Of a stretch of DNA of 64,000 nucleotides, positions 37,460-50,975 are shown piece after piece. Where the stretch lies: the NCBI RefSeq assembly GCF_018350175.1, contig NC_058383.1:4030001-4094000 (forward strand). The letters run 5' to 3'. The notes under the pieces are model-generated. The model did not search any database, was not told the DNA's origin, and saw only the letters and a list, made by a program, of their open reading frames with translations. Position numbers and translations under genes: made by a program. The DNA is from Felis catus (Eukaryota). Position 1 is the first letter of the stretch. Every line of letters starts with the position of its first letter.

Positions 37460-40400
37460 TAGTCTGTGTGGCTTAACAGCTTTTTTGAGATGTAATTTCT
37501 GTGCCATACAAATCACTGGTTTAAAGTGTACAAGTCAGTGGATTTTCGTGTATTTGCTAAGGTGGACAACCTGCCATAATCTAATTTTAAAGCATTTTTA
37601 TCCCCAAAAGAAACCCTGAGTCCATTAGCAGTCACTGCCCATTTCCCTCCACCCGCCTCAGCCCTGGGCAAGCGCTAATCTACTCTCTGCCTCTGCACGT
37701 CGGCAGCTCTGGACAGTTCAGATAAATGGAATCGGATGCCACTGGCTTCTTTCACTCAGAACGTTTGCAGAGTTCATCCGTGCGGGAGAGCGTGCCAACA
37801 CTTCATTTCTTTTTATTGCTCGGTAGTATTCCCTTACGTGGCTCCGCCGTGTTTTGTGGGTGGACACTTGGGTCCCTCCTACTTTTGTCTGTTGTAAATA
37901 GTGCTGTTGCGTTCATTGGTGTGCAGGTTGTTGTATGGACATAGGTTTTCATTTCTCTTGAGTAGATGGTTACCTGTAGGAGTGGAATTGCCGAGTGAGC
38001 ATCTTTGTCGTACTTGTGAGTTAGGGTATAAGGTAAATTCCTGGAGTCGGGAAGATAGACTCAACAGAAGAACATTTTTAAGTGGGTAGATATTGCCAAG
38101 TTGCCCTTAAAAAAGATAGTACTGGGCACCTGGGTGGTTCAGTCCGTTTAGCATCCAGCTTCAGCTCCGGTCACGATCTTGCAGTTCATGAGTTCAAGCC
38201 CCGTGTCCGGCTCTGGGCTGAGAGCATGGAGCCTGCTTGGGATTCTCCGTCTCCCTCTCTGCTCATCCCTACCCCTCTCAAAAATAAATAAATGAACCTA
38301 AAATTGTTCTTCTTTAAAATAGCTTTATGGCCTCCCACCACCAAAAAAATTCTAAAATCATACCTGCATTTTTTTCTTAAAATTCCCCAAAAGTTCCAAG
38401 CTTGTAGTTGATGGAAGAAACAAGCAAACACCCCAGCGCACTAGCCGCACGCTTTCCTGCTCTTGCATTTAGGCGAACGCACAACATACCATGTCTGCTT
38501 CCCACCATTTGTTAATGGAAATTTTCAAACACAGACAAGTTGAAAGTATTTTACAGCTGCACGTGTACATACACCGCTTGGGAGTCTGTTGTTAACACTG
38601 TACTGTGTTCATGCTGTCACGCATCTAGCCCTCGATCCACCTTACCTGTGTGCATTTCAAGGCACGTTTCAGGCATCAGTATGTACTTGCTTAAATACTT
38701 AAGCATGGATGTTACTAACTAGAGTTTACTGCTTTTGCTCTTTTATTCTGAGATAATATTTACATACAGTGGAATGTATAAATCTAAAGTAAACATTCTG
38801 TGTTTTGACAAATCGGACATCTCCGATCAAGGTTTACCATCACTCCAGAAAGTTCCCTCTTACTCTACTTCCTCCCTCCGATCCATTCCAACTCCCTTTC
38901 ACCCTCTGAGAGGTGAGCAGTGTTCTGGGGTTTTCTGCTATACATTAGACTTGCCTGTAATAGAACAGACATTGTGGGAACGCGGCACGTGCTTTCGCTA
39001 AGGTTTCTTATACTCGGCGTCATGTTCCTGGGGTTTATCCATACTGTTAACGCATCTCTGTTGCCCAGTATATAAATATGTGAATTTGTCCATTGTTTTA
39101 TTGACGAACATCCACAATTTCCCCAGTTTTTAATTACGAATATAATCGTTACTGACATTGTTGTACAAATCCTTTTGTGAACGTACGTTTTCATTTATCT
39201 TAACTAAATATCTAGGGATGGAAAGAGTGTTTTGTTTTATGAGAAACCACCAGATTCTCCTACGAGGCTGTCCCATTTTGTATCCGCTGCCCCGCCCCCG
39301 CCCCCCCCCCCCTCAGTGCTGTGTGAGAGTCTGGTGGCTCTGCGTCCTCACCACCATTTGGTGTTAACTAGTCTTTTTTCACTTTAGCCATGCTGATGTG
39401 ATGTGAGATCTCATTGTGGTTTTGATCTGAATTTTCCCGATAATTCATCACGTTGGGCACCTGCGTGCCCTTGTTGGCCATTTGCATCTTTTTTTTTAAG
39501 TTTGTTTTTCTTTATTGTTTGAGAGAGACAGAGACTGTGCAAGTGGGGAAGGGGCAGGGAAAGAGAGGGAGAGAGAATCCCTAGTAGGCTCCACGCTGCC
39601 TATGCAGAGCCTGACACGGGGCTCGAACTCACGAAGCCGTGAGATCATGACCTGAGCCAAAATCAAGAGTCAGACGCTTACCTGACTGAGGCAAACTGGT
39701 ACTCTGGCCATTTGCTTATCTCTTGTGAAATGTGTGTTCAGATATTTTGTCCCTTTTCAATTGCATTGTTTGTCTTTTCATTATTGTGTTGTCAGAGTTC
39801 TTAAATTTCTGGATATTTTTTGTCACGTTTTATGAATTTTTTTTCTCTGTCTAGGGCTTGTCTTATCTTTTGAGCAAATATTCTGAATTTTGGTAAGATC
39901 TGATTTACCCTCTTTTTTTTTAATTTATGATTTTTTCTCTGTTCTTCCTGAACAAATTTTGGCTACCATCAGGTCATGAAGATGTTTTTCCATATTTTCC
40001 ACATTTTCTATGAAAGCTTTATAGTTTCAGCTTTTATGTTTAGTTCCATGGTCCATCTATTACTTTTGGTGTGTGGTGTGAGTCGAGGCTCCTTTTTTTT
40101 TTTTTTTTTTTTTTTTTACCCCGCTGATGGATTCCTGTAGCTTCCACCATTTGTCAAAAAGATTTTTCTTCCCTCATTGGATTGTTTTGGTGCCTAAAAA
40201 CAACCCTGTAAGTGTGGATCTATTTTCTGCTCTTTATTCTCTCCCATTGATCTGTTTGTGAGTCTTTGTATCAGTAACGCTGCTTGGTTTACTATAACTT
40301 TATATACAAAATTTTGAAGTACCACAGTGTAAGCCTTCAACTTTGTTCTTTTTCAAGGTAGACTTGCGTATTCTAGATAGTTTGCCTTTCTGGTTTAAAG

Positions 40401-43400
40401 TCAGTTGGTCATTGTCTACAAAAAAGTCACCTGGGATCATGCTTGGGACTGCATTGGACCTAGAGGTCAATTTGAGGATAATTGGTATCTTAATAATATT
40501 GAGTATTCCAATCCATAAACATGGTGTAGCTCTCCATTTATATAGATTTTCATTTATTTTTAATTTTCTTAATTTTCTTTATCTTTTCTCAGTGATGTTC
40601 TGTGGGTTTTAGCATGGAGGTCATGTATCTTTTTTAAAATTTATTACTCATATTTTGGGTTTTGACAATGTTGTAAATGGATTTTTTTCATTTTTTCATT
40701 TGTTTGCTGCTAGTCTGTAAAAATACAGTTGACTTTTGTATTTTAACCTTGTATCCTGTGACTTTGCTGAATTTACTCATTAGTTCTAATAGTTGCTTTG
40801 TAGATGCCTTACAATTGCAGTAGAGATAGTTTGACGTCTTTCTGGTCCTTTTGCCTTTTTTTTCCCCTTCATTTTCTTGCCTTATTGCAATGTGTAAAAT
40901 CTCTAGTACAAAGTGAGGAGAATTGGCATTCTTGCCATGTTTCCAGATTTAAAAGGAAGAATTCAGTATTTTCACCATTAAGTATGGCTGTAGATTTTTC
41001 ATAAATGTCCTTTATTGATTGAAAAAGTTTCTTCCTTGTCTCAAGTTTCTAAGTTTTTACCATGAATAAGCATTGAATTTTGTCACGCTTTTCCTGCATC
41101 TATTGAATTGATGTACTTTTCCTCTGACTAGTTGAACTTGCATTTATTATCACAGCCTCAGGTGGAGACTGATGGTCCTGCATTTTTCTAATAACTGTAT
41201 TTGCTTGCCCTCTGAGATGGTTGTTTCCGGCTGTTTTCACTCATTAAACCTCCCACCACTATGGCCCTCAAAGCTCCTAACCACTGCTCACGCTTCAGAG
41301 ATAAACCGGTACTTTGAGCACGGACTTCCCTCATCTGACCTTCAGCTGATGGTCTGTCTACCTGCAACCCTCCCATCTTCCCATCTCCCGCCTGTTCAGA
41401 TGGCAAAGCAGGGATTCCCGTCTTGTTAAAACCAGCCCTCTTAATGGATCTCACCACCTTCCAAGTTTATTTCGTGTTTTCTTTATTTGTGAGAGAGAGA
41501 GAGAATGTGAGTGGGGGAGGTGCAGAGAGGGTGGGGGGGAACAGAGGATCTGACACGAGCTCTGCGCTGACAGAGTGGGGACAGAGCCCAAGTCAGATGC
41601 TCAACTGAGCCACCCTTGCGCCCCTGCCAGTTTTTTTTTGAGGTATAATTGACGTACGATATCGTATTACCTTCAGCTGCACATCATAGCGGGGCAGCAT
41701 TTGTATACATTATGAAATGATCCCCACGGTAAGTCCATTTGCCATCTGTCACCGTGCAGAGTTATTACGGTATTACCGACCGTATTCCCTGTGCTGTACG
41801 TCACGTCCCCATGACTTATTTATTTTGTAACTGGAAGTTTGTACCTCTTAATCCCCTTCACCTATTTTGCCCACCCACTCCTTCCCCCTCTGGTAACTAT
41901 CAATTTATTTCCTGTATCTGTGAGTCTGTTTCTGTTTTGTTTGTTCTGTTTTTTGTTTTTGTTTTTTAATTCTACATACAAGTGAAATCATACGGTATTT
42001 GTCTTTCTCTGACCTATTTCATTTAGCCTGATATTCTCTAGGTCCATTCGTGTCACAGGTGGTAAGATTTCATTTGTTTTTGTGGCTAATACTCACCTGT
42101 CCGTGCGTGTATGCACATCTTTATGCCTTCATCCATTGATGGACACTTAGGCTGCTTTCAGATCGTGGCTATTGCAAACAGTGCTGCAGTGAACATAGGA
42201 GTGCATACATCTGTGTGGATTGGTGTTTTTGGTTGTTTTTGTGTGTTTGTTTGTTTGAAGATAAATATCCACACTTGGAATTGCTGGGTCATACGGTGGT
42301 CCTGTTTTAATCTTTTGCAGAACCACCATACTTTCCAGAGTGGCTGCTCTGATTTACATTCCCACCAACAGTGTACGAAGGTTCTCTTTTTTCCACATCC
42401 TTGCCCACGCTTTGTTATTTTTTGTGTTTTTGTTAATAGTAAATCTGACAGATACCTCCCTGTGTTTTGATTTGGATTTCCCTACTGATTAGTAATGCTG
42501 AGCATCTTCGTGTGCCTGTGGGCCATCTGTATGTCTTTGGAAAAATGTCTGTTCTAGTCTTCTACCCATTTTTTAATTGGGGTATTTGGTTTTTTGGTGT
42601 TGTTATGTAAGTTTTTTAAATGGACTTTGGATATTGACCCGTTACCTGATATATGATTTACACATGTCTTCTCCCATTTAGTAAGTAGCATTTTCATTTT
42701 GTCAATGATTTCATTTGCTGTGCAAAAGCATTTTAGTTTGCTATAATCCCGGGTGTTTATTTTGGCTTTTGTTTCCCTCGCGTGAGGAGACTGGTCCGGG
42801 AAAATGTTGCTGAAACCTATGTCAACGTGTTTACTGCCTGCGGTGTCTTCTAGGAGTTTCATGGTTTCCACTGTTACATTCTTTAATCCATTTTTTTTAA
42901 AATTTTTTTTTCAACGTTTTTTATTTATTTTTGGGACAGAGAGAGACAGAGCATGAACAGGGGAGGGGCAGAGAGAGAGGGAGACACAGAATCGGAAACA
43001 GGCTCCAGGCTCCGAGCCATCAGCCCAGAGCCTGACGCGGGGCTCGAACTCACGGACTGCGAGATCGTGACCTGGCTGAAGTCGGACGCTTAACCGACTG
43101 CGCCACCCAGGCGCCCCATAATCCATTTTTAATTCTTTCCTGTATGGTGTGAGAAAGTGATCCAGTTTCATTCTTTCGCATGTATCTGTCCAGTTTTCCC
43201 AGCACCGTTTATTGGAGAGACTGTCATTTCCCCACTGTATATCTTGCCTCCTTTGTCATAGATCGGTTGACCGTACATGCATGAGATTTTTCTCAGGGTC
43301 TATTCTATTGATGTGTGTGTCTGTTTTCGTGCCAGTGTCATACTGTTTTCCTGTAGTCTTGTAGCGTAGTTCAAAATCAGAGAGCATAATTCCAGCCTAC

Positions 43401-45940
43401 TTGTCCTTTCTGAAGATTGCTTTGGCCGTGCAGAATCTTTTGTGGTTCTGTTCAAATTTTAGGATTCTTTAGTTTTGTGAAAAATGCCGTTGATACTTTG
43501 ATAGGGATTAAGTTGACACTCTCGATTGCATTAGATAGTATGGACCTTTTAACAATATTAATTCTTCCAATCTGTGAACATGGAATATCTTTCCACTTAT
43601 TTGTGTCTTCTCCAATTTCTCTCATCATTACAGTTTTCAGAGTACAGTTCTTTCACCATGTTGGATAAATTTATTCCTAGTTAATTCACAATCCCAGGGG
43701 TCGTGGGATCGAGCCCTGTGTCAGGCTCCACACTCAGCTTAATATTCTCTCTCTCTCTCCCTCTGCCCCCTTCCCTGCTCATGCTCTCTCACTCTCTGTG
43801 TAAAAAAAAAAAAAAAAAAAATCCTAGGTATTTTGATAGTCTTTGATGCAATCATAAACGGGATTGTTTTCTTAATTTCTTTTTCTGATAGCTCATTATT
43901 AGTGTATAAAACATAACTGATTTCCGAATGTTCATTTTGTCTCCTGTGACTCCGGAGTTCGCTTATAAGTTCCAATAGTGGTTTGGTGGAGTCTTCAGGT
44001 TTTTCCATTCACAGTATCATGTCATCTGCAAGGAGTGACAATTTTACTTCTTCCTTTCCAGTTTGGATGTGTCTTCCCTTCCCCTTTTCCTAAGGCCTTC
44101 AGAAAACACTTGGTCACATGGAGAAGCATGAGGACCCCTTGTGTTAGAATCCCATGAGTACCGTTGCTCTGCACAAGGCCAGTGGAGCTCTTAACAGATC
44201 CCAGGGAGATTGTGTCAGTAGGCAGTCTCCTGGACAACCAGGACAGACTTTTCTTTCCAAACTGGGAAATGCTGCTAGCATGGCAATGATTTATACCTGC
44301 GTATCTTTGTTTTTATCTATCTCCTGACCTACCTTTTTTTTTCCAGTTGAAGTATAGTTGACACAACATTACGTTCGTTGCAGGCGTAAAACCTAGGGAT
44401 TCAGCACCTCTGCATGGTGCTGTGCTCACCGCAAGTGTGGCTGCCATCTGTCACCATACGGTGTTGCGGCAGCACCACGGACTACGTTCGCCGTGCTGTT
44501 CCTTCCATCCTCGTGACTTACTCCACAACTAGTAGCCGGTGCCTCCTACTCCCCTCCACCCACCTTTGCCCATCCTCCCACCTCTCTCCCCTTTGTCGGC
44601 CACCACTTTGTTCTCTGTATTTAGGAGTCTGTTTCTGTGTGTGTTTCTTTTAGATTCCACATAGGAACTGGAACCCCGTGGTATTCATATTTCTCTGTCT
44701 TTAGTTCATTTAGGACAAAACTTTCTAGGTGCATCCATGTTGTTGCAAATGGCAAGATCTCATACTTTTTTTCACGGCTGAATAATATTCCTCTGTGTGT
44801 GTGTGTGTGTGTACACATATGTACGTATGTGTGTACATGTCTTCTTTATCCATCCATTCATTCATCAACGGATGCTTGGATTGCTTCCATATCTTGGCTT
44901 TTGTAAACAGTGCTGCAGTAAGCCTAGGGATGCGTGCATCTTTTCAAAGTAGTGTCTTCATTTTCTTTGGGTAAATAGCCAGTAGTGGGATTCCTGGATC
45001 GGGTGGTATTTCCATTTTTAATTTTGTGAGGAGCCTCCTTACTGTTTTCCAAATGGCTGTACCAGTTTCCACTCCCACCACCAGTGCCCCAGGGTTCCCT
45101 TTCCTCCGCAGCCTGGCCAACATTTGTTATTTCTTTTTGGTACTAGCCATTCTGACTCGTGTGAGAGGATATCTCCTTGTGGTTTTAATTTGGATTGCCT
45201 TGATGATGAGTGATGTCGAGCATCTTTTCATGTGTCTGTTGGCCATCTGTCTGCCTTCTTTGGAAATATGTTTATTCAGGTCCTTTGCCCATTTAAAAGT
45301 CAGATTATTAGGGTTTTTTGGTGTTTAGCTGAGTTTTTTTATTTATACATATTTTGGATATTAACTTGTTATCGGGTATCTCATTTGCCAATATCTTCCC
45401 CCATTCAGTAGGTTGCCGTTTCATATTGTTGATGATGTCCTTTGCCGTGCAGAAGCTTTTTATTTCGGAGCAGTTCCAGTAGTTTATTTGTGCTTTTGTC
45501 TTGCTTCCCTGAGGAGACACGTGTAGAAACATGTTGCCAAAGTTGAGGTCAGAAGAGCTCACTGCTTGTGTTTTCTTTAAGGAGCTTTATGCTTTCAGGT
45601 CTCACATTTCGATCTTTGATCTGTTTCGAGTTTATTTTTGTGTATGGTGTGAGGACTTGGTCCAGTTTCATTCTTTCACATGTTGCCGTCCGGTTCTCCC
45701 AACACGTTTATTGAAGAGGCTCTTTTCCTCCATTGGATATTCTTGCTTCCTTTTATTTCTTCTTTCCTGTGGCCGTGGCTGGGACTTCCAACGCCCTGTT
45801 GAAGAAAAGTGGTGAGAAAGGACGTCGCTGTCTCGTTCCTGAACTTGGAGGAAAAAGCTTTCGGTTTTTGACCTTTGAGTGTGGTGTTAGCTCTGGGTCT
45901 GTCTTGTGTGACCTCTCTTCTGTCACGGCCCACCTCCCAG
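37460..45940 (-). mobile_element. Stack of antisense L1 fragments (several 3' ends and ORF2 pieces) with SINEs at about 38125, 39490, 41465, 42890 and 43690
   Basis: Minus-strand ORF2-like translations (e.g. 42554-42871 'METMKLLED...KAKIN...KCFCTANE' and 45308-45562); repeated L1 3' ends at about 41630 and 44340. Confidence 0.85.
42896..43117 (-). mobile_element. Young SINEC_Fc inserted in L1
   Basis: Near-consensus sequence; TSD TAATCCATTTTT at 42884-42895 and 43119-43130. Confidence 0.9.
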
Positions 45941-46542
45941 GTTTTAAGTAGTTCTTTTCTCCGTTTATCCTGGCTTGACTGCGTCCTCAGTCTCTCTGTT
46001 AATAGATCCCGTGGCTCCTTTATTTCAAAACAGAGGCGTGGCCTGACCGCTAGGCCCCTGCGGGTGAGCCTGCAGCCACTGTCCTCCCTGCGCTCCTCCG
46101 CCTCCTCCCTCCCTTCCACGTTTCCTGCTGCCTCCACTTCCCCATCAAAATCGGTCACGATCACCAAATAACATCCCTGGGCCCAGAGCGAGTGACTATT
46201 TCTCATTTCACCTCCGCCTCTGGTAGTGCCGGCCGGCCCGCGGTTGCTGCCGCTTTCCCGCGGCCTCGTCCCCCGGGTCGTACAGCCGCTGCCACTGTCT
46301 CACTTGGTCTCCTTCACTGGCTCTCTTCCTCTGCCTGACTTTCAGCTGTCTCCGTGCCGCCCGGGGCCCTGGGCCTGCCTCTCCTCGGCCTCCGTGCCAC
46401 GTGGGGTGCTGCCTGCTCCTGTTCCCTGCTCCGTCCTCGGGGCCTTGGACAGCTTGTGGCCCGCATCTCATCGTGCGTGTGGAATGGGTGAAGTCAGTGA
46501 GGTTGTGTCAGACAGGAGTGAAAATCCATTCTTCGAAGGGAA

Positions 46543-47140
46543 GTACAGTCAGTTCCCGTTGTGGTCATGTTCTGGAAACACGCTGTGAATACCCAGCGAT
46601 CACTCCCGGGGCTAGGCTCCCGTGCGGCTCTGGTCACCATGTTGTCATCGGCTAATGAACACACGATCTTGCTTTATGGGAGGTTCTGTTTAAAGGCATC
46701 TTACCTTAATACGTATTGTTGATTTGTCAACAGTGAACTCACAACAAACAACACTGTAACTCGTGCTAAACAAAGCTTATCTGACAAACATGATTCTCCG
46801 GAAGGCAATCACAGTCTCCTTGCCCTTGGGAGCACCAGCCAGCACTGTGGCTGGGGACCATTTTAAACAGTGACATCACCAACCAAAAGCACAAAATACG
46901 AGAACATAGACCATGAGAAGGATGATGGTTCACAGAATGAGCTGAAAACAAGAAGGCAGTGTGTCACCTCGTCCAGCCTCCGCTGGGGGTGTTGGGTCAG
47001 TCACGTCCACGTTTTCTGGCCCCTCTGTGCATGTCTAGGATGGCTGTGCAGGGACCACGAGTATTCACTTGGCAGGGGGGTGGTGACGCAGAAACTTGAG
47101 CAACCAGGCAAATTTACAAACACAGAATAATAGTTAATAG
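46543..47140 (-). mobile_element. TcMar-Tigger DNA transposon fossil (MER82-like)
   Basis: TA-cagtc start; 'ggggaccattttaaacagtgacatcaccaaccaaaagcacaaaa', 'gagctgaaaacaagaaggcagtgtgtcacc', 'aggcaaatttacaaacacagaat'. Confidence 0.65.
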
Positions 47141-49851
47141 TAAGTTTTGTGGGGGTTTTTTGTTTGTTTCATCTTAAAGAGAAAGAGTGCACGAGCAAGG
47201 GGAGGGGCAGAGGGAGAGGGGGAGAGAGAGAGAATCCCAAGCAGGCTCCATCCAGGCTCAGCGCAGAGCCCGACACGGGGCTCGATCCCACAACCCTGAG
47301 ATCATGACCTGAGCTGAAATCTAGAGTCGGACGCTTAACTGACTGAGCCTCCCAGGTGCCTCAATATTTACTTGTTTGATAAGAAGCTGGTGTTGCGTAT
47401 GCCAACTTCTCTTCACTATTTCCCTGTCCTACGATTAATAAAGCTGAGGCTCCAGCTTTTAACTTCATCATGGAAGAAATGGGTACCAGGTCTTGTAACT
47501 AGTAAACAACAGAATCGAGACTACAGTCTGATTTTCCTGAGGGGCCTGCCTCTCCCGGTCCCTGGCATCCACCCCCGGTACGTACTGAGGGGGAGCAATC
47601 GCCCTGTGCCTAGGTTAGCGTGAATGCGCTTGGACATTACCAAGGAGTTTTGCCCCTTAGAGGTAGCTCTTGTGGGTGGACCACTTCACCACTGAAGCAG
47701 ATGTCACGGGTAAGATTAGCCCATTTTTTAGATATGACCCAATTCGAGAGATTTTTGTGTTTTGTTTGGTGGTGTTTTGAAAGGTTTGAGAAACACCCCA
47801 AAATCTAATCCTAGGCCTATTCTCAATCATCCAACAAATGTAAAACCGGCTGCACTTGTGCCGGGCGGTGCCAGACCTGGGGGTACTGCCCGAGCTGGCG
47901 GGGGACACCACCAGATGGCCAGTGGTAACGTGATAACCGCCAAAGGGAGAAGTAGAGAACGCAATTAGATGCGCCCCAGACAGTCCCTCAATCCCGAAGA
48001 AGGAGCAGGGTAACTGGTGGGGGGAGCCTGGAGAGGGAGACGTTGGACAGTGATGGAGGGAGCACCCTTGGCCCCCGGGCCGGAACACCTTGCACAGCAA
48101 GTGTGGCGCCAGGCGCCCTCCCAGCTCCTCCTGGCCCAGCGGACCGTCTGCTCACCAAGCAGGCTTGTGGTCCTAACGCGGCGTCCCCACCAATTTCCAG
48201 AGGGAAGGGGCCGGTCAGAGAACTCAAGTGTTGGGCCCTGAAGGAAGTTCTTGCTGCACACGATCAGCATTCTGGCTTCGGATGGGTCTCGTCTGAGTTT
48301 GGTCGGCCAGGTGAGAGTCGGGTCCTGGACGGGATCAGCAGCTTCTCCGAGCTGCGGACGGACCCCTGCTCTGTTTGCATAAAGGTTAGCCCGCTGCTGT
48401 GGGGAAGAAGTGATGTTCTGGGTAAAAAAGGGACTGCGAATCGGGCACTTGATTTCACTGCCTGTTCTAAGTCATAAGAGCCTGTAGTTCCCCCCACAGG
48501 CATGTACGACGTCACTTTGCACACACATGGCTCTGGCTGCCGCCGGCCGGGTCTGTTAGCGCCTGGTCGTGCTGAGCACGTTGGGCCGTCGCATCCGTAT
48601 GGAAATGATTGATTCCAAGCGCTTTCCTGGAAATAGTGTGTCTTCATAAAGGGGCCCTTGGAACTTATTCTTTCATTTTTTCTAGTAGTTGGGTTTCTAA
48701 ACTTAAGTGTGCCTTTGTTACACCATTTAAATCCAGCGTCAGAGCTAATGGAGAGGAGTCCTTTGGGGTAACTTTGTATTTTGTGTTCTGTGTGAATTTT
48801 CGCCCAAGGGCATCTTAGTTACAGTGGAAACATCGCTGAGGCTTCAGATAGTCAGGACTTCCGGGTCCCCCGGGCCGCGCCTGTCAGGTTATCTCTGTTC
48901 TGTGTGCCCGGCTCAGGTCCAGAGAGGTAGGTCCCGGGTCGCTGCTGGCTTGATGGACGGGTACGAGCTCGAAGCACCCACCGCAGCCGCATCCCGACAG
49001 ACACAGACAGGCCGCCCCTGGAAATAGTGGGGATTGCTGCTTCTGTGATTTTTCTACGGTTCAGGATTCTCTTTGCTCCTAGATCTGAACCGACCCGGGG
49101 ATCTACTAAGAACACAAGCGCAGAAATAGAGACTGGGGTCCATGTGGGCGTTAGCGGAGATGGGGTGGGTGTGAGGTAGTATCTGTGGAGGGTCCGTTGC
49201 ATCTGCTGCTTTCTGTGCAGGACGTGTGTGCTTACTTTTAACATCACCTTGTGGGTGGGGGGTATCCCCACTTGAAGTGGGCGCAGGCAGATAACGGTGT
49301 AGAGCGCCAGCTGCGGGCCGGTATCTGCAGGCCCCCTGCCCCCCGACAGTTCCACAGAGGAGCCGTGGTCCCCAGCCTATGTGTGAGGAGATGAGACTTA
49401 GAAAGATCGAGTCCTCTAGAGGTCGGTTATTCGGGGCCCATCGCCTGTCAGGCACTGATGGGGAAGTTCCAGGACCACAGCTGCGAGCGGGGACGTGAAG
49501 CCTCTGTCCTCATGGGAGCTCACGTTCCGGGGTGTGTCCGGGGTGTGCCCGGGGAGCCGGCTGTGAGCCGCTGTGGGGCGGGAGTGAGCAGGATGGTGTC
49601 AGAGAGGAGAGAGAAGGGCCTCCTGGGAGGAGGGGGGCGGACCCGGGGGGTAGTCTGTCCCCGAGCTCATCTTCCCACTCCGCTGTGTTCTGGGACTGTC
49701 CCCGCAGTCCCGTCCCATCGCCACACGACCACCGTTGTGAGCCCGCGCTGCTCCACTGGTCGTGCGTGTGCACTTTGACGTGCATCCGCGTGTGTGAGCA
49801 GACCGCGCCCGTCGCGACGAATACGTACGTGTGTGTGTTTTGTACTTTCAG

Positions 49852-50021
49852 CTGATACCGAAGATGTGTGCATCGTAGAAAGATTGTTCTCCAGCAGCCT
49901 AGTGGCCATCGTCAGCCTCAAAGCCCCGAGGAAGCTGAAAGTCTGCCACTTCAAGAAAGGCACCGAGATCTGCAACTACAGCTACTCGAACACCATACTG
50001 GCCGTGAAACTCAACAGGCAG
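49852..50021 (+). CDS. WIPI2: WIPI2 exon 4 ([15 protein letters not shown]...AVKLNRQ)
   Basis: tttcag| acceptor, CAG|GTGAGC donor; includes R126 (R108 in WIPI2b numbering, ATG16L1 binding). Confidence 0.96.
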
Positions 50022-50975
50022 GTGAGCGACACCGCGCCCAGGCCGCCAGGCGCCCCGTCCCCGCCCCGCCGCTCCCGCGCAGCTTCCAGCCGGCCCTGCC
50101 GCCACCTGGTCTCCCCCGGGGCCTGGGAGAGCTGGCGCTCCCGGGCCCCAGCCCCGGGCCCTGGCCCTGCTCGCCCCGGGCCGCCTCCCCGATGCAGCTC
50201 CGTCGCCTCGACGGTTCTGCTCCAAGCACACTGTCCCTGCGCACGTTCTTGGGCTCCGCCGGGTTAACTTCTACTCTCGTCAAGACACAAGCCTAGCGCT
50301 CCCCGGAACGCGCACTCGGCCGTCGAGTGGCGTCAGGGTTTTCGTCCCTCCTTTCACTTTCATAGATGCTACTTAAAAAATACATCTGTGGGCGTCTTCT
50401 TCCTTTTTTCTTCTTTTTTCTCTTTTAAACTTACTGTCTTCCCCACACTCCCAAAAACATCTGGCCCAGAGTGTGCGCTTGGTGGCTGGCACCGGAGCTT
50501 ATTTCGTGAGACCACCTCACGGCTTTCGCTTCCCTACAAAACGCAGCACCGTCCTGAAGATCCTTCAGCTTTTCCGCGACAACCACGTATTCCTCGCAGG
50601 GAAAGCTGTCGATGTTGCCGGGTGCAGAGCGCACGTCGCCGCGCTGGGGTCTGCAGCGTCCGACCGGGTGGAGTGGTCGCACTGGGGGCGCGCTGGTGCG
50701 ATTCAGACTGGGAGGAGGGGGGCTGTGATCTGCGGAAGTGGGTCGGAGCGGGGGATTGTAAGGCGTGACCTGTTGAACGCTTTTGAACCTAAAACATACA
50801 AGTTTACGTGCACGCACCAGCTACTGTGCGAGCCGGGCCGTCTTCCTTGCGTGAATCGTCCCTTGGCGCATCAGCTGCAAGCAGTCATTCTCCTCAGAGC
50901 GGGGTGTGAACTGCACCTGCAAAATAATGAGGGCGCAGAGTGAGTTTTCATGCTTTTAAAAACCCCTAGGCTTTT

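Noticed and set aside
42554..45562. L1 ORF2-like open frames suggesting an active LINE
   Set aside because: Short, frameshifted fragments from separate truncated insertions.
47905..47922. CTCF-like CCACCAGATGGC (and a weaker match near 54640)
   Set aside because: Partial motif matches are common in GC-rich DNA; cannot be supported without a PWM scan or ChIP data.
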